This document shows, one piece after another, positions 21,405 through 33,850 of a stretch of DNA of 64,000 nucleotides (position 1 is its first letter; each line of letters begins with the position of its first letter). Made by a program: the position numbers and the translations under genes. Source of the DNA: Cetorhinus maximus. Lineage: Eukaryota. The notes beneath the pieces were generated by a model, which saw only the letters and a list, made by a program, of their open reading frames with translations, was not told the DNA's origin and searched no databases. The stretch lies in assembly GCF_964194155.1 (NCBI RefSeq), contig NC_135903.1, positions 34,100,001 to 34,164,000 on the forward strand, in the 5' to 3' direction.

Positions 21405-22378
21405 CCCTTTCGGAAATGACAAAACACGTCACTTTCCTTCAGACACTTTCGCTTTGGGATGAAATTGACACCAGGTTAATTTCCAGAGAGAAAGTGACAC
21501 GGACACTTTCCCGGGAGAGAGACAAGAAAGAAAGGATGAAAGAAAAGAGAGCGGGATCACTTTTGGACTCAGAATCGGAGCAGATCAAATATTCTTTCAA
21601 TCCGACTCTGAAAATGGCTCCAGAAAACAACCGAGAAATGAGAAACTTCTCCCAGTTAAAGAGCAGATTGTGGGACAGGTCAATCGGAGCGGAGTCTGTC
21701 TCCATGAAGCGGTGTCCCTGGGCTGTGAGCCGAGCTCTCTGCAATGTCCAACCTGTGAAGTGTGAACAGGACAAGCGCCAGGTGAACACACCGCGGGGAC
21801 ACAGTGGATTTCAAAGGGAATCGCTCTTCATGGGGCCCAATGTCAGCACTAAAAGCCGCCGCACCGGATCACCGCTGTCGCTCTCTCTATAATCCGGATG
21901 AAAAAATCCAGCCCCCGATACATGTTCACACTGCCCCCAATTCAGAGCCTCCCTCTACACCACCTTCGTGCCCCAGGTGAGCTGAAGCCACACAACACTG
22001 AGCTGGAACCGAGCGCTGCCTGTGATTTTCAACCGGGGATTTTCCACTCGCTGCTTCCGGAATCTCCAGCTTTTACATTCCTGACCTCAGAAAGGAAACC
22101 GGACAAACTATTGATCTCCCGCAGCTCTTCCAAAAATCCTCGAGCCCGTTTTCACTTTTCGAATGTAATGCCACACATTAAAGCCGACAGCATGGCAGCG
22201 CCAGTGAGAGCACCGAGCAGACTCCACACTCACACTCACACCGTTCGGCAGCACAGGCGCTCGCTCCCGGATCACAAGCGGCTCCGATTCCACTTTCCCA
22301 GTTTAAATCCGCCGCGGAATCAAGAAGCCGTCGGTTTCTCATCTTTCACATCGGTGTTTCACTCTGGGTCGCTTGATC
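21405..22378 (+). promoter_or_regulatory. Promoter module P1, copy 2 (directly upstream of IFN-B1)
   Basis: Near-identical to 2560-3551, with the same IRF/NF-kB motifs; carries a 19-nt deletion just after TTTAAAT. Confidence 0.75.
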
Positions 22379-25300
22379 ATGGCTTTGGCGAGTATCTGGA
22401 GATTTTGGATGGTGTTGCTCTTCTTGTCCGGGACCCTCAGTCTGGGATGTGAGAGGCTGCAATTACAGCAAGTTCTCAACACAGAGACTCTCAGCAAACT
22501 GAATGCAATGGTGAGTTGAACCTGCAGCCAGAGCAGGAGGTGAATCACATTGTGTCCATTTGTTTTGAAAAATTATATCAGGAGAAGTCGTTTTCGTCCT
22601 TGCAACGGTTAATTGTCAGCGGACTGCAGTATTTCTGTTTCTCATGTGTTTGAAACAGTGTTTGTCTTTTCTCTCAGGGCGGTCGCTTCCCCCGACAATG
22701 TATAAGGGAAAGATTGGACCTGAAAACCAAGCCCATGGATCTAGTGAGGCTTTCGGAGGGTTTGCAGGTGAGTGAACACTGGGGCTTATTTTCACTTATA
22801 CTAACAGAATTTTATGTAAAACCAGGTTGAGATCCACAGCCCTCGCCCAGAACGTACATAGCAGGTCGCCCACTGATGTGAAGATGTCGGTAGAGATAAG
22901 AGTCAGGTCCTGCTTAGAGTCAGGGTTGATTACGTGCTGCGCAGTTTAAGATCCCTGGAGGGATGTCCACATGTCAGATCCACATCCCTGAAAAACTCAG
23001 CAGGTTTGGCAGCATCGGCGGAGAAGAAAAGAGTTGACGTTTCGAGTCCTCATGACCCTTCGGCAGAACTGAGTAAAGTTAGGAGAGGGGTGAAATATAA
23101 ACTGGTATAAGGTGGGGGGTGGGGGCGGGGGAGAGAAGTTGGTGCGATGCGGGGGGTGGGGGGAGTGGTTGTAGGGACAAGCAAGCAGTGATAGGAGCAG
23201 ATAATCAAAAGATGTCACAGACAAAAGGATCAAAGGGGTGTTAAAGGTGGTGATATTACCTAAGAAAATGTGCTAATTAAGAATGGATGGCAGGACACTC
23301 AAGGTACAGCTCTAGTGGGGCTGGGGTGGAAAGACTGACGACAGGGTATTACAGTTATAGATTTAAAAATAATGGAAATAGGTGGGAGAAGAAAAATCTA
23401 TATAAATTATTGGACCAAAACAAAAGGGAGGGGGATGAAACGGGAAGGGGGTGGGGATGGGGGAGGGAGTTTAAGATCTAAAGTTTTGAATTCAATATTC
23501 AGCCCGGAAGGCTGTAAAGTGCCTAGTCGGAAGATGAGGTGCTGTTCCTCCAGTTTGCGTTGGGCTTCACTGGAGCAATGCAGCAAGCCAAGGACAGATA
23601 TGTGGGCAAGAGAGCAGGGTGAAGTGTTAAAATGGCAAGCGACAGGGAGGTTTGGGTCTTTCTTGCGGACAGACCGCAAGTGTTCTGCAAAGCAGTCACC
23701 CAGTTTGCATTTGGTCTCTCCAATGTAGAGGAGACTGCATTGGGAGCAACGAATGCAGTGGACTAAACTAGGGGAAATGCAATTGAAATGCTGCTTCACT
23801 TGGAAGGAATGTTTGGGCCCTTGGACGGTGAGGAAAGAGGAAGTGAAGGGGCAGGTGTTGCATCTTCTGCGTGGGCATGGGGAAGTGCCATAGGTGGGGG
23901 GTGAGGAGTAGGGGGTGATGGAGGAGTGGACCAGGGTGTCCCGGAGGAAACGATCCCTACGGAATGCCGCCAGGGGGGGTGAAGGGAAGATGTGTTTGGT
24001 GGTGGCATCATGCTGGAGTTGGCAGAAATGGCGGAGGATGATCCTTTGAATGCGGAGGCTGGTGGGGTGATAAGTGAGGACAAGGGGGACCCTATCATGT
24101 TTCTGGGAGGGAGGAGAAGGCATGAGGGTGGATGCACGGGAGATGGGCCGGACACGGTTGAGGGCCCTGTCAACGACCGTGGGTGGAAAACCTCGGTTAA
24201 GGAAGAAGGAGGACATGTCAGAGGAGCTGTTTTTGAAGGTAGCATCATCAGAACAGATGTGACGGAGGCAAAGGAACTGAGAGAATGGGATGGAGTCCTT
24301 ACAGGAAGTGGGGTGTGAGGATCTGTAGTCGAGGTAACTGTGGGAGTCAGTAGGCTTGTAATGGATATTGGTGGACAGTCTATCATCAGAAATTGAGACA
24401 GAGAGGTCAAGGAAGGGAAGGGAAGTGTCAGAGATGGACCATATGAAAATGATGGCCATTAGCTTAGTTGGTTAGTCGAGAATAACGCCACCAGAGCGGG
24501 TTCAATTCCTTTCCCACTGAGGTAGATTTTGAGACCTGCCGCTTTGCCCTGCACCTGACATTGGGAGAAAATGGCAAACCACCACCGACAAATGAAAAAC
24601 TGCCCAGAAATCAGTTCAGGATGAAGAATCAACAGATAACAAGCCAAGGACATGCCTTCTGGCACAGCGCACCTCCCGCTGGCAGGGATACAATCAACTA
24701 ATTGGCAGTCAATTAAATATTGAGAAGTCCAAAGACATTCTTTTCAACTACCGCCATTAACTCTGTTCCCTAGTTACTGACTTCAAAGCTCTACCGAACC
24801 AATGTCTGATACTGACTCAGAATATTGGCCTTCTATTTAACCCACAGCTGAGCTTCCAACACCATCAGCAAGCTAACCTATTTCAACCTTCGTAATATCA
24901 CCCATCTCTGCACTTGCCTCAGCTCATCTGATCCTGAAACTTTGATCCATGTATTTCTTCCCCTAGACTCCATTATTCTAATACTCTTCAGGCTGACCTC
25001 CCACCTTGCACCCTCTATAAACTCGAACTCACTCAATTAACTGCTGCAATATATCTAAACTCTAATATATCTAAATATCCCAACGAGCACAATGTCCTAA
25101 TCAGCCATCACCTCAGTATTCTGAGATCTATTCTGAGGCAATGTAAGATCAAAAGGCAGCTGTAAGCCTCCAACTGGCTCCACAGTGGAAAGAACCTCAT
25201 TTTGAATTCGTAAGATGAAAATGCTTTGCCTGATGTTTGGTTAAGTCTGTGCGTTTCTGGTGCCTTAATGGAGATTAGTTTGGGAATCTGTTTAAAATTA

Positions 25301-26678
25301 TGATGGTAGTAATTTGTAGCCATGTGTGCATATTTTAACCTGTGTAAATGAATAAAATATTTCAATTAGTTTCATGTAAAACCTCAAGAACTGGTGGTCT
25401 GATTCCTGAATTTAGAGTTGTATCTCAAACATAACACTTAAAATGATAGGTTATTACAGTTGTTTAAAGTTTTCCTCAGGGACTTTTAAATAACTCAGCT
25501 GCACCAACTGCATCGCCCCAGCTTCCAAACCAGCAACATCTCTTTTTTTATATACTCATGCTGGTTTTGCCCCTTGCATTTTTTGTAACTTCCTCCAGGC
25601 CCCAACAACCCTTCCAGATCTCTGTGTTACATCCAATGTTCTCATCATGCTCATTCCAGATGTTCATTGCTCCATCACTGTGTAGCTGTGCCTTCATCTG
25701 TCTGGCCCTTAAGCTCTGGAATTAACTCCTTCCTAACTCTCTCTCCTCTGTAATTGCCTCCTAAAAGCCTAACTCTGAGCAAACATTCCACCTCCTTTTG
25801 TGGCTGGGTGTAAATTTTCTTTGATAATGCCCCTGTGAACCTTCTTGAGGTTTTTCACTATGTTAAATGTCCTACATAAATGCAAGTTGTTATTGTTGGT
25901 ATCATGGGACCAATTGGAACTGTACATAGACTGGTCTAAATGGGGTGTGAGGTCACCATCAGCAGAGAGTCTCAAAGTGTTTGGCCAGGTGATAGATCTT
26001 CAGTGCCAGTTGGACTGTAGAGTTTGCATCAGTACTAGCCTGTACCACCTAGTAACTACATTTCAGGGAATATAATAATCAGTTAAATAGAGGCAGCAAC
26101 TTTATTGATGTGATGTAATTAGTCACTTTCTCCTGAGCAACAGCAAGGATTAACTGTGAAATTTGCACCAGCCCTGACTGGTTACACAGGAACAGGTCCT
26201 CTCTAATGTCCTTGTGAATATTTCTCACAGGCCCAGGACAGGATCCAGATTGTCCATCAAACCCTGCGTCACATCAGCAAGATCTACAGCATGAACCTGG
26301 GCTCAGTCACGTGGCCCCGAGACAAGGTGGAAAACGTCCGGCTTCTCCTGGATCGGCAGCTCAGCGAGCTGGAAGAATGTGTCAGGGAACCAGGGTCAGA
26401 GCACAAGATGAGGAGAAACTCCGCCATTCAAAAATACTTCAGGAAACTTCGAAAGTTTCTCAAACAGAAGGTGAGACAATAAATAATTGACAGTGTGATT
26501 ACTGCCATGTCGTTCATTCAGCTGCATTTAAATCTGTTCATTCTCTAATGAGGTTTCCTGAATGATTTCTCTTTTTCAGGGATTCAGTGACTGTGCCTGG
26601 GAAATAATCCGCACTGAGACCAGGACCCGTTTACAACAGCTCCTTTTCGTAACGGCACAAATCAACAGAAGAAACTGA
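22379..26678 (+). CDS. Type I interferon, subtype B copy 1 (4 exons, 186 aa)
   Basis: Exons 22379-22510, 22678-22767 (GGRFPRQCIRERLDLKTKPMDLVRLSEGLQ), 26231-26470, 26580-26678 (GFSDCAWEIIRTETRTRLQQLLFVTAQINRRN*); all GT-AG, phase 0. Confidence 0.93.
22991..24458 (-). mobile_element. 5'-truncated Penelope-like element (RT C-terminus + GIY-YIG endonuclease) in IFN-B1 intron 2
   Basis: Open 350-codon frame 23407-24459 with LPFLDL, YKPTD, SSHP, VHCIRCSQC..LYIGET..EH, E..LI..L.TL.PSGLN; absent from paralog B2. Confidence 0.9.
23030..23072 (-). ncRNA. Minimal hammerhead-ribozyme-like motif in the Penelope 3' region (core variant)
   Basis: Minus strand AGUU-CUGCCGA-A-GGGUC(AUGAG)GACUC-GAAAC-GUC-AACU: stems I and II pair, but the core reads CUGCCGA instead of CUGANGA. 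Confidence 0.55.
24459..24700 (+). mobile_element. tRNA-derived SINE
   Basis: TAGCTTAGTTGG (A box) and GGTTCAATTCC (B box); paralog with intact 5' end at ~58428-58670. Confidence 0.55.
24780..25900 (+). mobile_element. Degenerate L2-like LINE fragments in subtype B intron 2
   Basis: ...PETLIHVF...RLHYSNTL.. and gccttcatctgtctggcccttaagctctggaatt resemble the L2 C-terminus and 3' end; paralog ~58750-59830. Confidence 0.5.
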
Positions 26679-27777
26679 AAAAAAATTCCAGTAGTAGAGA
26701 CTAAATTAATTTATTTAAATTACCTCCTATTTATAAAAATAATTATATCTTATTGTATTTTATTGTATTGCTGAGATGACACTTTGATGCTTGGTGGCCG
26801 ATGGAGAGCAAAGAATATCTTGATGCCACTTTATATTTGATTATTTGTTTCAATTTATTGATAGTTCTCGCTCTGATATTTTTCTGTGTTGAAATGTTAA
26901 ATGTTTCACAAGGGGAAAAATCTGAGGAAAAATGCTATTTCTGTCCCTCCCTTTATTGGCTGGCAGTGGCTGCAATAACAGTTTCATTTCACCTTTGCTC
27001 TGTTAAGCACCTGATTCCAGTCGTTGGATATCCAGCGTAGATTCTCTGAACTGGCCCACGTAGCTTGCTCCTAATGCTCCTTATCTTATCTGCATTGAGT
27101 TAAACTGAATGCCATGATGCCTTTCTGCAATAGATGTTACGGTTTTTAAGGTGTAAAATCAAAAATGAAAAGAAGGAACTGAAGATTTTTCAATGACAAG
27201 TTTTATACAGATTGAAAAGATAATAAGTTATTTTAGAGTCCTCACTTTTTAAAGAAGTATAATATTTTATGCATACAGAATGCAAAGTATCATTAATTAT
27301 AAAGTTCTGTCAGCTTGGCTCAATGCTGGCACTCTGAGGCAGAAAGTGGTAGGTTCAAACCCCACTCCAAAGGTTTAATTTCCATTGAGTTTTATGAAGC
27401 TCCTTATCCAACTGCTGGACTTCCAGTGACAATTCTGCACTGGAAATGGTCTGGCCATTCCACAACTCTGGTTTCCAGGTTACTCTCAGGCTCAAGGGTG
27501 GGGTTGCAGCCCAATGACCACTGACCTTATTCCTGTTCCACAGTAACCTTTACATTTCTGCTCTCCAAGACGTCAACACTGCAACTAATTCCACGTCATT
27601 TTAATGTATTGATATTTATCATTGTGATGCCTTTGTGTAATGAATTGCTACAGTTTTATACAATGTATGAAGTGAGTTCAAAAAGAAATGTTAATTTATT
27701 GATATTTAAGATTTGCGAAATTAGTGTTTTTTTTATAAAACTGAAAACTTTTTATGTTGAAGGAAAGCATGTTTGTA

Positions 27778-28341
27778 ATAGCTCAAATCAGCAGAAGAAA
27801 CTGAAAAAGACATGTTTACTACAGGCTGGGAGCAATGAATATTTATTTTTAAAAACTTTCAATTTAAAGCTATTTCCATATATATTTGTAACAAATTTTA
27901 TATTTTATTGTACTGATCACAGAACAATCAGTGACATGATGGTATTATTTATTTTATTTATTGATTGATATTTATTGCTGTGACATTTTCACCTGATGTA
28001 ATCCTAAACCTTCAGTGGCTGGGGTGTCTGCTCTGGAATTTACTGTCAGGCTTTCAAGATATGGGTTTGCAGACCTATAAACCCTGGGCTGCACTGACCT
28101 TTCCATTTCTCCCTTCCTAAGTTAAGTGGCCAACTTTCCAATCTATTTCAGCCACTGTAATTTATTGATCTTTATTGTTGTGATGTCTTCATATAATGAA
28201 ATATTACAGTGTTATACAATGTATAACGTGAGTTTTTCACAATAACTTATTTAATGATATTTATTAAGATTTGGGGAACACACAATGTTTTTTGTAACTG
28301 GAAAATTTTATATACAATGAGAGCCTTTTCCTGTAAATAAA
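27778..28341 (+). pseudogene. Remnant of a deleted subtype-A IFN: last 8 codons (IAQISRRN*) plus 3' UTR
   Basis: atagctcaaatcagcagaagaaactga 27778-27804 followed by an A-type UTR homologous to 10319-10850; nothing 5' of it is IFN coding. Confidence 0.85.
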
Positions 28342-30724
28342 TTATTTTCAATATTACGCATTAACTGAAATGACGTTCGTTTGTCAGTTCTGTGGATTGG
28401 TTTTCCATACTCTGTATAAATGCTCTGGGTTCTCTTACCTGCTGCCTCTTCCTGTCAGTCCTTCTCTGTTCTCCTCTCCTTTCTCCACAATTGGATTTTC
28501 CCTCACCCGTTGGAACTGTGACCACATTGTGAACCAAACAGGCCTGATTTATCATCTTTTAACCCTCTGCTTCTCAAGGCCATATTCCAGCTCCAAATGA
28601 GAGAGGACTGAACGTTATGTTCAGGACAGACAAGTGGAAAATGGAGGCAATAATTGGAAATGGACAGATGGAAAAATGGAATAGTTGGATGTAGGAGATG
28701 ACTGGAGTGTCAGCCATAGTGAAGATATGGGGACAACAGACAATGGGGTTAAAAGTGACATCAGGCAATGAGTAGGAAGGAGATGACTGGAGAGTGGGGA
28801 TGAAAATCTCTTATTTCGCATTGTGGTTTGCACCTTCTGAAAATCTGCATGTTAAACACTGTCTGCATTACATAAGAACAGAAAAAAAATAGAAGGATTA
28901 GGCCATTTGGCCACTCAAGCCTGCTCCACCATTCAATAATATTCTGACTGATTTGATTGTGGCCTGAAATTCACTTCCCTGCCTTCCACCCATAACATTT
29001 GACTCCTTTGTTGATCAAATTCTATATAACTCAGTTTTGGATATATTCAGTAACCCAACCTCTACTGTTCTCTGGGGTGAAGAAATTCAAAGGTTAATGA
29101 CACTCGGCACAAAAGAAATCCTCCTCATCTCCATGTCACATGCAGTTGCCGTACTCTGAAACTGTGAACCTGAATCCCCCTCCCGCCCTCACCCCATTCC
29201 AGATTCCTCCAGAGAGGAAATATCTCAATACCTACCCGTTCAAATCTCCTCACAATCTTAAATGATTCAATGACATCACCTCTCATCAAACTCGAAGGAG
29301 TATAGGCTCAACCTGGTTAAGTTTGCTTCATAAACCAACTTCTCTTTCCAGGAATCAACCTGGTCAACCCTCTCTGAAGTGTCTCCAATGCAAGTTAATC
29401 GCTGCTTAAATAAGGAGACCAAAGCTGTACATAGTACTCCAGGCCTGGTCTCACAAATGGCCTGTAGAGTTGAAGCAAAACTTCCCTAATTGTATTCTTC
29501 ATCCTCTTTGCAATAAAGGACAACATACCATTTACCTTTCCAATTAATTGCTCTACCTGTTTGCTAAATTTTCATTGCTCAGGTCCAAGGACAACCAGGT
29601 CCCTCTGCACTGAAAGATTCTGTGTTCTTTCTCCATTTAAACAACATTCTGACTTTCTGCTGGGCACAGCAACGGCTAACTTGTGTCTTAAATTACATCA
29701 GTCACTATATATCTAAAGTACTTTATAAGCTGTTGAGTGCTTTGAGACACCTGTGGTCAGGAAGGGCACAATGTGAATGCAAGCCTGTTTTGAAAAAAAT
29801 ATCATCGAGAAAGCTGGGCCTACACACAAAACTGCCCTCACTCCAGGGTGAATTTATCAGCAGTGCAGTTGTTTACAGGCCTTCCAAAGGGCCCCAAAAA
29901 ATAAACTGGATGATTTGGGTTTGAGTACAGCAACAGACATGTGTTAAAAGGTTTGCAAAGCAACTTTATTAATTTACAAATACAATAACTATTGCATTCC
30001 AATTCCAAAAAAGTGGGAATGAACCAATCCAATTTCCATCGCCATTAATTTCTACAAAACAGCAAAGGTTGCTTCCCATTCAAGGGACAAGCATACTGAC
30101 TTGGAACTATTTACCATTTCTTCACTGTTACTGGCTAACACTCCTGGAAAACCCTTCCCAACACCTCTGTAAATTCACCTACACCACATGAACGGCAGCA
30201 GTTCAGGTGTTCAAGGGGGCGGTTCATCACCACCTTCTGTCCGGTAATTAGGGAGGAGCAACAAATTCTGGCCTTTCCAGAGACGCCCACGTCCCATCAA
30301 GGAAGAAATGAAGCCAAATCATGCAAAAGTAGCTGTGAATGATCCGCATATTTTAGTAATGTAAAAATGCTCACGCTCCCGTAGGTCCTTCCTATTTCCT
30401 CTAATGTCACTCGCCAGTGTTTTTAATATTCTTCCTTCAGTTCCCTGACCCTCCTTCCGCCTCCGCCTTCAATAATTACAATTCCCACTGTTCTATTCGC
30501 CAATAACAGCATTGTTGTAAATTGTAGTTTCTCTCCAGTCTCCAGTTGGGGAATGTGGGATTCCGCTCCCACATCCACCCGGACGGTAGATTTTGGTTAC
30601 ACTTCCAGCTGAGAGGGATTTGGTGACATTTCCTATGTACCCGGGCATTTACCGAATACCCCAAAGCTTTTCCCAACTGCCCCTCACCCCTCTCAGTCTG
30701 ATCCACCCTCTTTACAAACCCTCC

Positions 30725-31699
30725 TCCCTTTCGGAAATGACAAAACACGTCACTTTCCTTCAGGCACTTTCGCTTTTGGCTGAAATGGACACCAGGTTAA
30801 TTTCCAGAGAGAAAGTGACATGGACACTTTCCCGGGAGAGGGACAAGAAAGAAAGGATGAAAGAAAAGAGAGCGGGATCACTTTCGGACTCAGAATCGGA
30901 GCAGATCAAATATTCTTTCAATCCGACTCTGAAAATGGCTCCAGAAAACAACCGAGAAATGAGAAACTTCTCCCAGTTAAAGAGCAGATTGTGGGACAGG
31001 TCAATCGGAGCGGAGTCTGTCTCCATGAAGCGGTGTCCCTGGGCTGTGAGCCGAGCTGTCTGCAATGTCCAACCTGTGAAGTGTGAACAGGACAAGCGCC
31101 AGGTGAACACACCGCGGGGACACAGTGGATTTCAAAGGGAATCGCTCTTCATGGGGCCCAATGTCAGCACTAAAAGCCGCCGCACCGGATCACCGCTGTC
31201 GCTCTCTCTATAATCCGGATGATAAAATCCAGCCCCCGATACATGTTCACACTGCCCCCAATTCAGAGCTTCCCTCTACACCACCTTCGTGCCCCAGGTG
31301 AGCTGAAGCCACACAACACTGAGCTGGAACCGAGCGCTGCCTGTGATTTTCAACCGGGGATTTTCCACTCGCTGCTTCCGGAATCTCCAGCTTTTACATT
31401 CCGGACCTCAGAAAGGAAACCGGACAAACTATTGATCTCCCGCAGCTCTTCCAAAAATCCTCGAGCCCGTTTTCACTTTTCGAATGTAATGCCACACATT
31501 AAAGCCGACAGCATGGCAGCGCCAGTGAGAGCACCGAGCAGACTCCACACTCACACTCACACCGTTCGGCAGCACAGGCGCTCGCTCCCGGATCACAAGC
31601 GGCTCCGATTCGACTTTCCCAGTTTAAATCCGCCGCGGAATCACGAAGCCGTCGGTTTCTCATCTTTCACATCAGTGTTTCACTCTGGGTCGCTTGATC
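30725..31699 (+). promoter_or_regulatory. Promoter module P1, copy 3
   Basis: Near-identical to copies 1 and 2; 19-nt deletion form. Confidence 0.75.
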
Positions 31700-31831
31700 A
31701 TGGCTTTGGCGAGTATCTGGAGATTCTGGATGGTGTTGCTCTTCTTGTCCAGGACCCTCAGTCTGGGATGTGACAGGCTGCAGTTACAGCAAGTTCTCAA
31801 CACAGAGACTCTCAGCAAACTGAATGCAATG
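31700..31831 (+). CDS. Distal duplicate IFN exon 1; candidate alternative first exon of IFN-A2
   Basis: MALASIWRFWMVLLFLSRTLSLGCDRLQLQQVLNTETLSKLNAM, intact GTGAGT donor, followed by the same spacer as 3684 onward. Confidence 0.7.
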
Positions 31832-33284
31832 GTGAGTTGAACCCAAAACACAGAGTCGGTAATTATGTTGAGGGGAGAGAGGGAATCAGCCTCCAGGAGA
31901 GATTAAATCTGGATTTGGGTGAAGGAACAAATGGGATCTGAGAGGAAATTGGAAAGCAGACATTGAGGAGGAGGGCGCTCAATGACGGAAGAAGCGGAAT
32001 GTGAACCTGAAGGGGGAGAGGGGGCAAATCAGAGACAGCCCATCAGTAACAACCATTCAGAATAATAGAGCCACTTTAAGGTCTCAAGGTGCCTCACGGG
32101 AATGTTATACAGCAACATTTGTTGTGGTGGGCACAGCAAGATTTCAAACTTTGCAGATGATACAAATTTTGGAAATGTTGTCAACTGTGATGCGGATGGT
32201 GCTGAACTTAAAAACGACATTGGCATGTTTGTGGTTTGGGCAGACAAGTGGCAGATGAAGTTCAATGTAGAGAAATGTGAGGTGATACGTTTTGGGAGGC
32301 AAGATAAGGCGAGACCTTATAAAATAAAGGGAGTGACTCTACAGGATGTGCAGGAACAGAGGGACCTCGGTGTATATGCGGATTGGTCATTGAAGATGGC
32401 AGGGCATATTGAGAGCAGTTAATAAAGAATATACTAGCATAGGCTTTATTAATTGTGGCGTTGAGTAGAAGAGAAAAGAGGTCATGTCGAACTTGTATAA
32501 GACACCAGTTAGGCATCATCTGGAGTACTGTTCTGGGCACCATACTTGAGGAAGGATGTGAGGGTATTGGTGAGAGTACAGAGGAGGTTAACAAGAATCA
32601 TTCCCAGGATAACGAACTGTAGCTACGCGGGAGGATTGGAGAGGTTGTCACTGTTTTCCTTGGAGAAAAGAATGTGGAGATTAGGCTTAATTGAGGAACT
32701 CAAGATACCCTGCGGGGTATGGACAGCGTAAATAATAAGAAACCGTCTCCACGAAAGCGAACATCAAGAAATATAGGGCACAGGTTGAAAATAGTTGGCA
32801 AAGGGAGTAAATGTGATATGAGGAGCAATTTTTGAACCCAGGGTGTGATTGGAGCAAACTTCACACAGTGCTTTCAATACTTGAAAATGACGATGAGAAT
32901 TTTAAAATGAAGGTATTTCTTATCCAGGAGACTGACGCTGTGTTTTGTTTGATCTCCCTGAGGAGATGCATGTCGAACAGAAATAGAAAGGGACCTAAAA
33001 TAGATTCTTGGGGACACAGAGGCTAAACGTTGGGGCTGGGTGGGTGATGGTGGAGAAGAGATGCCATTCTGGGGGTTTACAGTCTGCATTTAGACAGTGG
33101 GAGCCAGGCAGTGTATCCCCAACCAGCAGGCCCATGGTGGAGAAAGTTGAATTCTGATGTTCATGTCGACTATGTCACAGGACTAGAAGGAGGAGAATGT
33201 TTTACATATGTCACGGGCATGTTGAACGTAATTTATGAATTTGCCTATCACCTTATGGAGATCTTGTGATGCAATGGGTCGGAC

Positions 33285-33850
33285 CTGCTTTCAGGCAGAG
33301 AACTCAAGAACAAGTACAGCCTTATAATCTATCAATGTAACCAAATGCCCCTTCATTGCCCCCTTAATGCGAATCCGTTCAATTTGGAGGAAGCATGATA
33401 ATTTTCCCAAAACATTGTTAAAACTGTTGATCCAAATTTCTAGAACTTTGAGCTGGAACCGAGCGCGGGTTGTGATTTTCTCTCGGGCATCTTACAGTCA
33501 CTGGATCAGGAATCTCCAGATTTCAGTTTCCTTATCTCAGACAGGGAGCAGACAAACTCGTCCTCTCCTGAAGTCCTTCCAAAACTCCAGCAACCAGATT
33601 TCACTTTTCGAGTGTAATAGCAACATCGCCAGTCCCCCCTCTTCACAGCGACAGCTCCTCCCAGCACAATTCTCACACAAACATACACAAACAGGACTGG
33701 ACATTCAGGCGGTCGCACCGGCTTCACAAGCGGCAGCATTTCCAGTCCTCGTGTTTCATTCGCTTCAAAGGAATAGACTTTCGGAGTGGTCCCAGATCCG
33801 CTCAGTGTCTGATCCTCAGCTCGGGGTGTTTCACTCTGGGTCGCTTGATC
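33285..33850 (+). promoter_or_regulatory. Promoter module P2, copy 2
   Basis: Homologous to 5640-6199; ATTTCACTTTTC retained at ~33598-33609. Confidence 0.6.

Noticed and set aside
23796-24410. 204-aa Ser/Pro/Thr-rich ORF
   Set aside because: Alternative frame of the C-rich Penelope coding strand; no independent support.
24459-24512. tRNA-like sequence (also ~58430, ~9325, ~27312, ~61230)
   Set aside because: A and B boxes are present but there is no complete cloverleaf; these are SINE heads followed by repeat bodies.
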